Below, piece by piece: positions 1-8,664 of a stretch of 38,346 nt of DNA. The stretch's first letter is position 1, and every line of letters starts with the position of its first letter. The position numbers were made by a program, and so were the translations under genes. The stretch comes from a virus (Duplodnaviria; Caudoviricetes): IMG/VR virus record IMGVR_UViG_3300040734_000108, positions 1 to 38,346 of that record. One strand, 5' to 3'. The notes under the pieces are model-generated. The model worked only from the letters and a program-made list of their open reading frames with translations. It was not told the DNA's origin and ran no database searches.

Positions 1-918
1 TTAATAAATATCCAGCTTCAACTGGACAGCGGCACTTTTATGATCCAGGACTTTCTCGACAATATACTCAGGTTTAACGGTACCTTTCTCTGTAATCCAC
101 TGCCGGCGACGCATCCTTACCGTCAACAGATCATCTTTTGCAAATGCCACCTCATTCTTTTGAACCTTTGCCATAAAATCAGCATCAGCAATTTCGGCAT
201 GAAATGATCCAGTGCCTTCTGACAGTCTCCATTTATTATCTTCATTGAAAGAAATGCTGGATACTTGAAGGATAGTTTCATACACAGTTTCGTGTATAAG
301 TTGATCCTGAATTGCAGGGCTTGCAAAATATATGTAATTGCTTTTGTCTATAACGACAAGGCCGCCTGATTCGGTACCAGCCGCAAACTTGTCAATGCCC
401 TCATTTTCAAGAGGATCATAGATCACAGCGCTTAACGATTTCCTTACCGAATAATCTTCAAGCAGCTTCAAAACAGCTTTTTCAGTAGTTATATGTTCAT
501 CATCAACATAAATTTCAACTTTTCCCCCATCAAGTTCAATTACTTTTGATATTTTTCTATTTCTCAGCCATGCAATAACTTTAATAAGGCCACAAACAGA
601 ATCTTTAGCAGTAAAGCCAATAAAAGCTAAAATTGAAACAGCTGAAGAAATTGCAGTAATTTCTTTTGAAGAAAAAAGCCCAACAAAATCAGTCCACAAC
701 CCTTGTGTAAGGCTGAAATCAATACCAAAACAGCCAGACTTAAAAGAACCTTTGACCTTCACAGATAGTTTAACTTCTGATCCATTCAGGACTTTATTTG
801 CAGCATCCAACACGTCACCCACAGCATGCAAAGCCGGTGCTAGCTGGCGCACATCCATCTCAGAAGATTCAAGAGCTGGCCCATCATAAAGAATATTGAA
901 AACTGCGTCACTTGTCAT
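1..918 (-). CDS. Hypothetical accessory protein (305 aa), AT-rich
   Basis: Long ORF with much lower GC than the phage core, co-oriented with the repressor; function not recognised. Confidence 0.85.
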   Translation of the reverse strand: MTSDAVFNILYDGPALESSEMDVRQLAPALHAVGDVLDAANKVLNGSEVKLSVKVKGSFKSGCFGIDFSLTQGLWTDFVGLFSSKEITAISSAVSILAFIGFTAKDSVCGLIKVIAWLRNRKISKVIELDGGKVEIYVDDEHITTEKAVLKLLEDYSVRKSLSAVIYDPLENEGIDKFAAGTESGGLVVIDKSNYIYFASPAIQDQLIHETVYETILQVSSISFNEDNKWRLSEGTGSFHAEIADADFMAKVQKNEVAFAKDDLLTVRMRRRQWITEKGTVKPEYIVEKVLDHKSAAVQLKLDIY

Positions 919-1047
919 GTAATACCCCTATCACACAAACAGACTCCCAGGCAACACCCATCCGCCTCATCACGCCCTCCTCCCCCATACCACACCACCC
1001 TGCCGATCACGTCCAGGCTATTCAGCAGTTAACCTTTTACTGTTTAC

Positions 1048-1428
1048 TCATGTAATGTTTAGTTTTTGCTTAACAGTTATTTTTTGCGCCAAATCGTTCG
1101 CAGGAAAAAGATTGTTATCCTTGTCAACAACCCAGTGAATTTTAACAGGGTTGTCATTAGCAACAAACGAAAGCCATACATCATAGCTTCCATCATTTAC
1201 ATTTTTATCACATTGCCACTTATAATCTTTTGTGAATTTACCTGAAACAGCCAAAACAATACTTAAAGCATCAATCGATTTAACATTGTTTACAGTACTT
1301 TTTGATTCAATTATGGCCTTAACTATTGATTCTTTTTTAGCATCTTCCTTTGCGGAATATTCACTAAAACCACATCCACAAATAACAGAAAACACCATAA
1401 ACAATAAACATATTACTTTTCGTTTCAT
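1048..1428 (-). CDS. Putative lipoprotein (possible superinfection exclusion)
   Basis: MKRK + hydrophobic stretch + lipobox-like ICGC; GGAGGG RBS; downstream of repressor. Confidence 0.7.
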   Translation of the reverse strand: MKRKVICLLFMVFSVICGCGFSEYSAKEDAKKESIVKAIIESKSTVNNVKSIDALSIVLAVSGKFTKDYKWQCDKNVNDGSYDVWLSFVANDNPVKIHWVVDKDNNLFPANDLAQKITVKQKLNIT

Positions 1429-1557
1429 TGCTTACCCTCCATTTTCCGAAATAGTAAAATCATCTATCTCACCACTCTCCTCACCATCTTACCCACCACT
1501 CTAGAAAATATTTCATCAGACCCTCCTCCCATATACCACATCTCACCGATCCCTTTC

Positions 1558-2022
1558 CTACCCCCCCGCCTTGATCCGCTCCAGCATTTCCTTTACCGAC
1601 ATCCACACCCGCAACTTGTCGACCTCGGACAATGACAGCCAGTCATTGAGAAACGCCGTCGCCACGGGATCTTCGGAACCTTTGTCCGTTACCGCGACCT
1701 CAGGAGCCGGAGCGCCGCCATGAATACCAATATGAACATTGCCGTTGACGGCATTGCCATTCTTTACGCTCTGCAGGACCGTCTTCCCGTTCTGCTGGTC
1801 GTCCGTCCCCTCCCCCCGCCTCATTGGCCCCTCGCCGGTCAAAAGCCAGTTCGTGTCGATACCCTGCTTTGCCAGAGCCTCGAAAACCTTTCCCCCAGGC
1901 ACACTTTTCCCCAGCTCGTAATCCTGCCACGACCGAAAGCTTATTGAAAGCAACGTGGCCATTGATTTCTGTTCGTGGCCCAAGGCCTCTCTGGTCGCTT
2001 TTAGTCTTTCCGCAAGCGTCAT
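1558..2022 (-). CDS. XRE-family HTH immunity repressor
   Basis: LAERLKATREALGHEQKSMA...WQDYELGKSVP...NWLLTGEGPM; divergent from ner; start at 2022 or 2040. Confidence 0.88.
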   Translation of the reverse strand: MTLAERLKATREALGHEQKSMATLLSISFRSWQDYELGKSVPGGKVFEALAKQGIDTNWLLTGEGPMRRGEGTDDQQNGKTVLQSVKNGNAVNGNVHIGIHGGAPAPEVAVTDKGSEDPVATAFLNDWLSLSEVDKLRVWMSVKEMLERIKAGG

Positions 2023-2037
2023 TTGATGTCCCACCAG

Positions 2038-2215
2038 CATTCAAGTTCAGGCAAACAAACTTGAATGCTAACTTGAATGTTTGCTTCATATTATTCAAGT
2101 TTTACATGTAATTGAAATTTAAAAGTTATTTCACGAAGGCACGGGAAGATAAAAAAATACAACTTGAATGCACACTATTCTGTTGACACGCACAGAATGA
2201 TTCTGTATTTATGTT
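2038..2215. promoter_or_regulatory. Immunity/operator region between repressor and ner
   Basis: Five AACTTGAAT(G/A) boxes (2038-2047 rev, 2058-2067, 2070-2079, 2092-2101 rev, 2161-2170); TTGACA at 2183-2188; palindrome ACAGAAT-G-ATTCTGT at 2192-2206. Confidence 0.7.
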
Positions 2216-2218
2216 GAC

Positions 2219-2506
2219 ATGAACACAACACAAACCCCAAAAAATCCCGACCAGCGTCGGGCATGGATTCTTTATCAGCTGCACCTGGCCGGGTCGTCGT
2301 TCGCCGACCTGGGCCGGGAGCTGGGTGTTACGCGCAATGCCGTGCGTAATGCCATCGACAAGCGTTATCCCAAGATGGAGCGCGCCATCGCCACCAAGAT
2401 CGGGAAGCGTCCCGAAGAAATCTGGCCGGAGCGGTACGCTTCTCGAGAAAAAGGAGAACACTATGCCATGGACAAAATTGCCGGCAATACACGCCAAAGC
2501 ATTTGA
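2219..2506 (+). CDS. ner: Ner-like DNA-binding protein
   Basis: WILYQLHLAGSSFADLGRELGV...YPKMERAIATKIGKRPEEIWPERY is the Ner/Nlp signature; first gene of the early operon. Confidence 0.9.
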   Translation: MNTTQTPKNPDQRRAWILYQLHLAGSSFADLGRELGVTRNAVRNAIDKRYPKMERAIATKIGKRPEEIWPERYASREKGEHYAMDKIAGNTRQSI

Positions 2507-3011
2507 AATAGCGTGTTCGGCTCCGCCGGAACTTAAGACACAAATCGCCCCCCTGATCGGACGGATGCTTGAAGCTGGCGCCTCATGGGATGAAGCGCAA
2601 GAAGCGTTGTTCGAGGCAATGTCCCTTTACGCACAAAACAGCAAGCAGCCAAAAGCCCCAGGCACGCAGATCAGTGCCGAATGGCTTAATGCCGTTGCTC
2701 AGGAACACATATCATTCAGCGTCACGCCTAAAGCCAATCGACCGCTTCGGTCTTTCAGGCTCAAGCGCACAATACCCCAGCCGGGCGACGAATTGCGAAT
2801 AGTGGATGATCGCGAGCCCGTCATTGCCCACTTGGTCCGTACCGCGCAGAATTATGGTTTGCGGTTCGATGAACGCAAGTTCACTGACAGAGAGGTCGAA
2901 CGCCTGAATGACCACGTCGCAATCTTGCGGGGCCGCGCTCTCAAGCTGTTTGATCTGCTCTACAAGCGTGTCGAAAAAGCCGCTCCCGGAAAGGTCTTTT
3001 TCACCATGTAA
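2463..3011 (+). CDS. Hypothetical protein
   Basis: AAGGAG RBS before ATG 2463; 3' half overlaps an antisense gene. Confidence 0.5.
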   Translation: MPWTKLPAIHAKAFEIACSAPPELKTQIAPLIGRMLEAGASWDEAQEALFEAMSLYAQNSKQPKAPGTQISAEWLNAVAQEHISFSVTPKANRPLRSFRLKRTIPQPGDELRIVDDREPVIAHLVRTAQNYGLRFDERKFTDREVERLNDHVAILRGRALKLFDLLYKRVEKAAPGKVFFTM

Positions 3012-3038
3012 TACCCGCTGCAGCAACTTGTCTTCCAT
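2712..3038 (-). CDS. Small antisense accessory protein, DUF6173-like
   Basis: GGAGG RBS before ATG 3038; own promoter TTGAAA(3113-3108)-17-TACTTT(3090-3085); ends GNDGLAIIHYSQ...PKRSIGF. Confidence 0.7.
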   Translation of the reverse strand: MEDKLLQRVLHGEKDLSGSGFFDTLVEQIKQLESAAPQDCDVVIQAFDLSVSELAFIEPQTIILRGTDQVGNDGLAIIHYSQFVARLGYCALEPERPKRSIGFRRDAE

Positions 3039-3158
3039 ATCAACATCCTCCAAGGGTTTGTGAAATGGCTCGGGGCGATTTGCGAAAGTACCAACATCCA
3101 TTGACGGTTTCAACAATTTTAACGAAACGGCAGTGATCAGGGAACAGGAAGGCCAGCC

Positions 3159-3314
3159 ATGAAACAGCCCGTGATTCATTACAACAACGCCCTCAACCCG
3201 GACAGGATCAGCGTCACCCTGTGCTGGCCCGCCTTGTCGAAGGCCAGAACCACGACCGATATCAGGCGCGTCACCTGCAAGACCTGCCTGCGGATACTGG
3301 GATACAAACCATGA
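3159..3314 (+). CDS. Small Cys-motif protein (51 aa, VTCKTC)
   Basis: Read manually: MKQPVIHYNN...TTTDIRRVTCKTCLRILGYKP; stop overlaps the transposase ATG (ATGA). Confidence 0.6.
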   Translation: MKQPVIHYNNALNPDRISVTLCWPALSKARTTTDIRRVTCKTCLRILGYKP

Positions 3315-5704
3315 AACTACCCGAACCATACTATACCGCCAAAGAACTCGCCGGAAAGCCGGGCATGCCGGGAACAGTGCAAAACGTTAATAGCAAGGCT
3401 AAACGTGAAAACTGGCCCTGGCGCAAGCACGCGGGCAAGGGGGGCGGACGGGAATACCCACTTTCCAGCCTGCCCGCCGAGACCCGCGCGGCGTTGGCGG
3501 TGGCTTCGACTCCGCTCAGCCACCAGACACCGGACGAACTTGTACTGAGCGAAGCCGAAGTAGCCGACGGTTCGACTCCGCTCACCGACCGGTCCCTGAG
3601 CGAAGCCGAAGGTCGGTCCCTGAGCGAAGCCGAAGGGGCCGCCCTGGTTACGATGGGCATCAACCCCCTGCACCCCGAAACCCAGAAGATGATCCGGGCC
3701 GGACGGGCCGCCAGAAAACAGAAGGATCTGGACGACGACGCCCGCCGGCGCATGAAAGAACTGTCCCTGGCCCGCTTCAACCAACTGCCCGAAGAAAAGC
3801 AACGCTCCGGCAACGCCCGCTACGAGATCATCAAGAGCGCCAAGACCTACTGCGTCGCCGCCGGGGTCCATCCGGGCAATGAACAGTGGTTGAAACGCTT
3901 TGCAAACGCCTATAACGACGGCTCCCTGAGTCTTCCGGAATGGGTGCGGGACGAGATCCCGCGCGTCTCCACCTCATCCCTCTACCGCTGGCGGCGGGAA
4001 TACGATGCCGGCGGCATGTTCGAACTGGCCGACGGCTACGTCTCCAAAAAAGGGCAGACCAGCCTGACCACAGACCAGCAGGAACTGGCCATCGCCATGC
4101 AGATCCAGTTTCCCGGCTGCGCCATCAAGAAAGTCGTCGCCGCCCTGGAAGCCCGGCGCATGCCCGCCCCCCACGGCCAGGTAAAACGCTTTGTTCAGCG
4201 CTGGCTGGCCATGAATCAGAGCTTCCACCTGTACATGACCAACCCGGACGAGTGGAAGAACAAGCACATGTTCGCCTTCGGCAACGCATCGGAACAGGTG
4301 GAGCGCCTCAACCAGGTCTGGGAGGCCGACTCCACCCCCGGCGACATCATGCTGTCGGATGGCCGCTTCGCCGTGATCGGCGCCCTGGACGTCTACTCGC
4401 GCCGCCTGCGCCTCCTGGTCACCCCCACCTCCAAGGCCACCGCCATCTCGGCGCTTTTGCGCCGCTGCATCCTGGAATGGGGGGTCATGGAAACGCTCAA
4501 GACCGACAACGGCCAGGATTACGTCGCCCACCACATCGAGCGGCTGCTGGCAAGCCTGGAAGTGCCGCACGTCCTCTGTCCCCCCTTCACCCCTGAAGCC
4601 AAGCCGCACATCGAGCGCGCCCTGGGGGTGTTCTCCCACGGCATCGTCGAGCTACTGCCCGGCTACATCGGTCACAACGTGGCCGACCGCAAGGCCATCG
4701 AGGCCCGCAAGAGCTTCGCCGATCGGCTGATGAAACGCGGCGGAGAGGTGGAAGTGAAACTGACCTCCCTGGAATTCCAGAAGATCTGCGACCGCTGGGT
4801 GGATGCCATGTACATGCACGACGCCCACGGGGGACTGGACGGCAAGACTCCGGCGGAGATGGTGCGGGAATGGACCACGCCGATCCGCCAGATAGCCGAT
4901 GTGCGCGCCCTGGACGTGCTCCTGCACCCGGCCCACAAGGACGGCGGCTACCGGATCATCGGCAAGGAAGGCGTCCGGCTGGACAACCGCGACTACATCG
5001 CCCCCGAATTCGCCGGCCGCGAGCGCGAGCGGGTACGGGTGCTGGTGGATGACACCGACCTGGGACATGCCTACATCTATGCCGAAGATGGCAGCTTCAT
5101 CTGCTGCGCGGAAAACCGCGAATGGCAGGGACTTTCCAGCGCCGACCTGGCCAGCCACGCCAAGGCGTTGCAGAAAGCGCTCCTGGCGGAACAGCGGAAG
5201 GAATTCAAGGAGAAAAACAAGAAGATCAGGGCCGAAATCGTGCCCGAGGACATCCTGACCTTCCGCGAGGAGCGCATCGCCACCATCGTGGAGTTTCCAA
5301 AACAGAGCGAGACCTATGTCACCCCGGCGCTGGCCGAGGCCGCCAAGGCCGCCCTGGAGCGGGACGCCCGCGCCGCCGATCGCGCCGCCCAAGGCTTGCC
5401 GGTGGAACACCGCGAGCTGCCGCCAGAGGTGCTGGAGTACGAGGCCCGCCAGGAAGAAGCGGAAAAGCAGAAGGTGATCCAGCTGGAGAACCGGCGGAAG
5501 TTCAAGGATATCCAGAACCAGGCGGACGTGTACGAAGAAATCCGAGCCCAGCTCCGGGCCGGTACCGCCACGGCGTACCAACGACAGTGGAAGATGGATT
5601 TTGAACACTGGGAGAATACGGCCCAGAGGGTGGGCCTGATGAAGGACGATCCGTACTGTCTGAAAGACCCGGAGGAAAACAAACAGAAGCAGAAAGAGGG
5701 ATAG
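3311..5704 (+). CDS. MuA-like DDE transposase
   Basis: N-terminal Mu DNA-binding HTH (YTAKELAG..GMP...W..R..GKGGG.EY); DDE motifs WEADST, KTDNGQDY, KPHIER. Confidence 0.95.
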   Translation: MKLPEPYYTAKELAGKPGMPGTVQNVNSKAKRENWPWRKHAGKGGGREYPLSSLPAETRAALAVASTPLSHQTPDELVLSEAEVADGSTPLTDRSLSEAEGRSLSEAEGAALVTMGINPLHPETQKMIRAGRAARKQKDLDDDARRRMKELSLARFNQLPEEKQRSGNARYEIIKSAKTYCVAAGVHPGNEQWLKRFANAYNDGSLSLPEWVRDEIPRVSTSSLYRWRREYDAGGMFELADGYVSKKGQTSLTTDQQELAIAMQIQFPGCAIKKVVAALEARRMPAPHGQVKRFVQRWLAMNQSFHLYMTNPDEWKNKHMFAFGNASEQVERLNQVWEADSTPGDIMLSDGRFAVIGALDVYSRRLRLLVTPTSKATAISALLRRCILEWGVMETLKTDNGQDYVAHHIERLLASLEVPHVLCPPFTPEAKPHIERALGVFSHGIVELLPGYIGHNVADRKAIEARKSFADRLMKRGGEVEVKLTSLEFQKICDRWVDAMYMHDAHGGLDGKTPAEMVREWTTPIRQIADVRALDVLLHPAHKDGGYRIIGKEGVRLDNRDYIAPEFAGRERERVRVLVDDTDLGHAYIYAEDGSFICCAENREWQGLSSADLASHAKALQKALLAEQRKEFKEKNKKIRAEIVPEDILTFREERIATIVEFPKQSETYVTPALAEAAKAALERDARAADRAAQGLPVEHRELPPEVLEYEARQEEAEKQKVIQLENRRKFKDIQNQADVYEEIRAQLRAGTATAYQRQWKMDFEHWENTAQRVGLMKDDPYCLKDPEENKQKQKEG
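3501..3638. repeat. REP-like cluster family A (TTCGACTCCGCTCA / TGAGCGAAGCCGAA), in-frame in transposase
   Basis: Five half-units encoding STPLS...LSEAE...STPLTDRSLSEAEGRSLSEAEG. Confidence 0.85.
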
Positions 5705-5708
5705 GAAG

Positions 5709-5785
5709 AAATCCCCCCCAGCCCCCCTTTGTAAAGGGGGGAGCTTTGAAAGTCCCCCTTTGAAAAGGGGGATTGAGGGGGATTT
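5709..5785. repeat. REP-like doublet family B (CCCCCTT-N-AAGGGGG)
   Basis: Two C-run/G-run hairpins inside an outer inverted repeat, directly after the transposase stop. Confidence 0.8.
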
Positions 5786-5863
5786 GAATGCAAGAAAAGC
5801 CGGGTAGCCGCCCGGCTCTTCAAGACCCACATGGGTAATCCAATAACGGGAGGAATGTACCAG

Positions 5864-6655
5864 ATGAGCAAACCAATAATCAAGTCGCTCGTTAAAACCA
5901 AAGACGTACGCAACGCAGCGACCGACGTCTACGAACTGCTGACGAGATCGTCCAACTCCGAAGGGATGGGGATTTGGGACGGCCCTCCGGGCGTGGGTAA
6001 AACCACCGCTATCGGCTACGTCTGCACCCTGTACGACGGCGTTTTCATCCGCGCCATGGCCTGCTCCACCGTCACCAGCATCCTGGGGGACCTGTGCAAC
6101 GCCCTGGGGTGGAAGAGCAGCAAGCCGGGTGTCAAACGCATGCTGCGCAAGACCGACATGGTGGATTTCATCATCGAAAAACTCTCCCACGATCCGGAAG
6201 ATCCGGAGCGGGCTCTACCCCAGATTCCCATATTCGTGGATGAGGCGGATTATTGCCTGCGTGATTTCGTGCTCATGGACATCCTGCGCGACATCTACGA
6301 CCGCACGAAATGCCCGGTGATCTTCGTCGGTATGGAGGACATCGCCGACACCATCCGTAAGCACCCCCGCTTCGCCCGCCGTACCGTCAAGCGAACCCAG
6401 TTCGCGGGGCTGGACATGGACGACGTCAGGCTCGTCATCGAGGAACGCTGTGAGGTGGAACTGACGGACGACATGATCGAGTACGTTGCCGCCGAAACTC
6501 GGCGCAATATCGGCCGCCTGGTAATCGCCATCGAATTTATCCACAAATTCGCCGAGCGCAACGGGCTGACCATCGTCAGCCGTGCCGACTGGGGTGACCG
6601 GCCGCTGTATTTCGATCAGTCCACCTTTGGCGGCAAGCCCAACGGCAAGAAATGA
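5864..6655 (+). CDS. MuB-like AAA ATPase
   Basis: Walker A GPPGVGKT, Walker B IFVDEAD; follows transposase; start uncertain (5831/5855/5864). Confidence 0.92.
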   Translation: MSKPIIKSLVKTKDVRNAATDVYELLTRSSNSEGMGIWDGPPGVGKTTAIGYVCTLYDGVFIRAMACSTVTSILGDLCNALGWKSSKPGVKRMLRKTDMVDFIIEKLSHDPEDPERALPQIPIFVDEADYCLRDFVLMDILRDIYDRTKCPVIFVGMEDIADTIRKHPRFARRTVKRTQFAGLDMDDVRLVIEERCEVELTDDMIEYVAAETRRNIGRLVIAIEFIHKFAERNGLTIVSRADWGDRPLYFDQSTFGGKPNGKK

Positions 6656-6692
6656 TGATCTGCGTTTTTGAATGCAATTTCAGGAGGATTGG

Positions 6693-7148
6693 ATGGCAGG
6701 CAAACGAGGGATGAAACCGGCACAGGCGCGGGCCAACACGGTACGCGCCAGCCTGTGGCGTCTTATGAGGATCTACGAGAGGTTTACCGTGGTTCAACTG
6801 GTGGAGACGGTGATGGACCGCCACCCCAGCGTAACCTATGACAACGCCCAGAAGTTCGTGCGCCGCCTGGTGGAATACGGCCATGTGGTCAAGATAGGGA
6901 ACTACCGGGGCGGCCGCCCCGGCCGGTTTCAGGAATACCGCTTCGTCAGCAGGGAAATAGCCATGCCGGTCTTGGGTATCGGCCGAACGGAAAAATTCCT
7001 GAAGAAAGAAAAAGAGAAAGAAAAAGAGACTGACGGAGATACAGAGAGGGGCGGAGAAACCCACCCTCTCCCTATCCCTCTCCCTGAGGGCGAGGGGATT
7101 CAGTACGCCGTTCCGGCGGATACAAACGCCCATGGAGGTGAGGTATGA
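6693..7148 (+). CDS. Putative winged-helix protein
   Basis: AGGAGG RBS; LWRLMRIYERFTVVQL...YDNAQKFVRRLVEYGHV pattern typical after B genes. Confidence 0.7.
   Translation: MAGKRGMKPAQARANTVRASLWRLMRIYERFTVVQLVETVMDRHPSVTYDNAQKFVRRLVEYGHVVKIGNYRGGRPGRFQEYRFVSREIAMPVLGIGRTEKFLKKEKEKEKETDGDTERGGETHPLPIPLPEGEGIQYAVPADTNAHGGEV
7059..7100. repeat. REP-like hairpin (CCCTCTCCC-TGA-GGGCGAGGG), in-frame
   Basis: Palindrome encoding THPLPIPLPEGEGI near the C-terminus of the 6693 gene. Confidence 0.65.
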
Positions 7149-7468
7149 GCCCGACCGATCAATTGGGGCTGCTGCGTCGGATATGTTCCGAAAAGAGCCA
7201 GGCCGAAGTGGCCAGGAAGACCGGGTTTTCATCCGCTGTCGTCTGCGGCGTCCTGAAAGGAACCTATCAGGGAAACACAGATGGTTTTCTGGCACGGGTC
7301 GAGGAGGTCTACGGCACCAGTACTGTTGGCTGCCCCGGCCTGGGAGAGGAGTTGCCGCTGTCCCGCTGCGCTGTCATCCGGCGGCGTGAATTCAACCAGG
7401 CTGCCGTCAATCCCGAATGGCTCAGACTCTGGAAGGTCTGCCGCACCTGCCCCCAGAACGCCAAATAA
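7145..7468 (+). CDS. HTH protein with Cys-rich C-terminus
   Basis: SQAEVARKTGFSSAVV..VLKGTYQG; CP.LG...C...CRTCP; GGAGGTGAGG RBS, ATGA coupling. Confidence 0.8.
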   Translation: MSPTDQLGLLRRICSEKSQAEVARKTGFSSAVVCGVLKGTYQGNTDGFLARVEEVYGTSTVGCPGLGEELPLSRCAVIRRREFNQAAVNPEWLRLWKVCRTCPQNAK

Positions 7469-7484
7469 CGACAGGAGAATCGAC

Positions 7485-7622
7485 ATGACCTTACTCCGCA
7501 AACTCCGGCATCTGTACCTCCGCCGCAAACTGAACCGCTTGAAATTCTGGATGAGAAACCGGGCCTACAGCCGGGCACTGACCACCATCTGCATGACCGG
7601 CAGGATGTACCGCCGCTACTGA
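7485..7622 (+). CDS. Small very basic protein (45 aa)
   Basis: AGGAG RBS; MTLLRKLRHLYLRRKLNRLK... Confidence 0.55.
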   Translation: MTLLRKLRHLYLRRKLNRLKFWMRNRAYSRALTTICMTGRMYRRY

Positions 7623-7624
7623 AA

Positions 7625-7683
7625 TGAGGTGAAGAGTGAAAAGTGAGGAGTGAGGGGCACAAGCGTGCCCCTTGCGCCTACCC
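7625..7683. repeat. Heptamer repeat family C (GTGAGGA)n, degenerate
   Basis: GTGAAGA GTGAAAA GTGAGGA GTGAGGG followed by a partial complementary arm. Confidence 0.65.
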
Positions 7684-7700
7684 AAAAGGAGGAAATAGCA

Positions 7701-7826
7701 ATGATCACCTATCTGGCCCTGTTTATCGCCGGAGGGGCGGCGGGGATGGCCATCATGGCCCTGTGCACCGCCGCTGGACAAGCTGACCGAGATTTTGAAC
7801 TCATGAACGGAAAGGACGACCTATGA
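7701..7826 (+). CDS. Small membrane protein (41 aa)
   Basis: AAGGAGG RBS; MITYLALFIAGGAAGMAIMALCTAAG...; ATGA overlap with next gene. Confidence 0.65.
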   Translation: MITYLALFIAGGAAGMAIMALCTAAGQADRDFELMNGKDDL

Positions 7827-8443
7827 ACGAAGCAGTACGAGAAATACCCGCAGGATACAAGGAAAACGCCCGCGGCCACCTGGTGCCGGAGGAACTGATC
7901 AGACCGGTGGATAACCTGACCGACGACCTGGTGGTGAAGATCGCCCGGAGGTGGAAAAACCTGCACGAAGTCCTCCGTGACTTCAAACAGTTCTCGTTCT
8001 CCGATGTCCACGCCCTGATCAGCCTCATCAACGAGGAATACGGCGTCAAGCGGGGCGGCGAAAAGGGCAACGTCCAGCTGATTACCTTCGACGGCCGCTA
8101 CAAGCTGGTGGTGGCGGTATCCGAAACCATCGCCCCCGGCCCGGAGCTGCAGGCGGCGCAGGAAAAGATCCTGGAGTGCCTCAACGATTGGACCGACGGC
8201 GCCCGGCCGGAGGTGCGGACCATCGTTCAGGAAGCCTTCGCCACCGATGCCCAGGGTGGCATCCGCATCAGCCGGATCCTGGGGATCAAGCGCTACAAGA
8301 TCCAGTCGGAAGAGTGGTCCGCGGCCATGCGCGCCCTGGACGACGCCCTGCGGGTGGTAGGCACCAAGCAGTACATGCGGCTGTACGAGCGCGACCAGGC
8401 CGGCGGGTACCGGGCGGTACCGTTGGATATCGCAGCGCTGTGA
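7823..8443 (+). CDS. DUF3164-like Mu-phage protein
   Basis: GY.ENA.G.LVP, EEYGVKRGGEKGNVQL.TFDG, K.YMRLYERD motifs. Confidence 0.88.
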   Translation: MNEAVREIPAGYKENARGHLVPEELIRPVDNLTDDLVVKIARRWKNLHEVLRDFKQFSFSDVHALISLINEEYGVKRGGEKGNVQLITFDGRYKLVVAVSETIAPGPELQAAQEKILECLNDWTDGARPEVRTIVQEAFATDAQGGIRISRILGIKRYKIQSEEWSAAMRALDDALRVVGTKQYMRLYERDQAGGYRAVPLDIAAL

Positions 8444-8451
8444 GAGTAATC

Positions 8452-8577
8452 AGCCGGGGCGGTGTGGATGGACACACCCCGATGACACGCGGGGCGGCGG
8501 AGTCAGAGATACCCAACGTGATGACGGGTAAACGCGCGCGAAGAAGCCGCAGCCGGTATCAAGCCCGGTCCCCGGCT
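8452..8577 (+). ncRNA. tRNA-like structured RNA, unit 1
   Basis: 8-bp closing stem AGCCGGGG/CCCCGGCT; D-like arm GTGTG-GATGGA-CACAC; T-like arm GCCGG-TATCAAGC-CCGGT. Confidence 0.6.
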
Positions 8578-8592
8578 CAATCAGCAATCTAA

Positions 8593-8652
8593 CCCCCCTT
8601 ATCAGGGGGGAAGATTGTAAGCCTCCCCTGATAAGGGGAGGCTTGGAGGGCG
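8593..8652. repeat. REP-like doublet family B
   Basis: CCCCCCTTATCAGGGGGG ... CCTCCCCTGATAAGGGGAGG. Confidence 0.85.
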
Positions 8653-8664
8653 GTGAGAGTAATC

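Noticed and set aside
1-60. Mu-type genome ends (TG...CA with transposase binding sites)
   Set aside because: Window starts and ends exactly at stop codons, so ends and target duplication cannot be seen
4652-6190. 512-aa minus-strand ORF
   Set aside because: Antisense shadow of the GC-rich transposase and B genes; no recognisable motifs
7001-7050. Purine-rich AAAGAG run as a phase-variable tract
   Set aside because: Imperfect hexamer repeat that simply encodes KKEKEKEKE in frame
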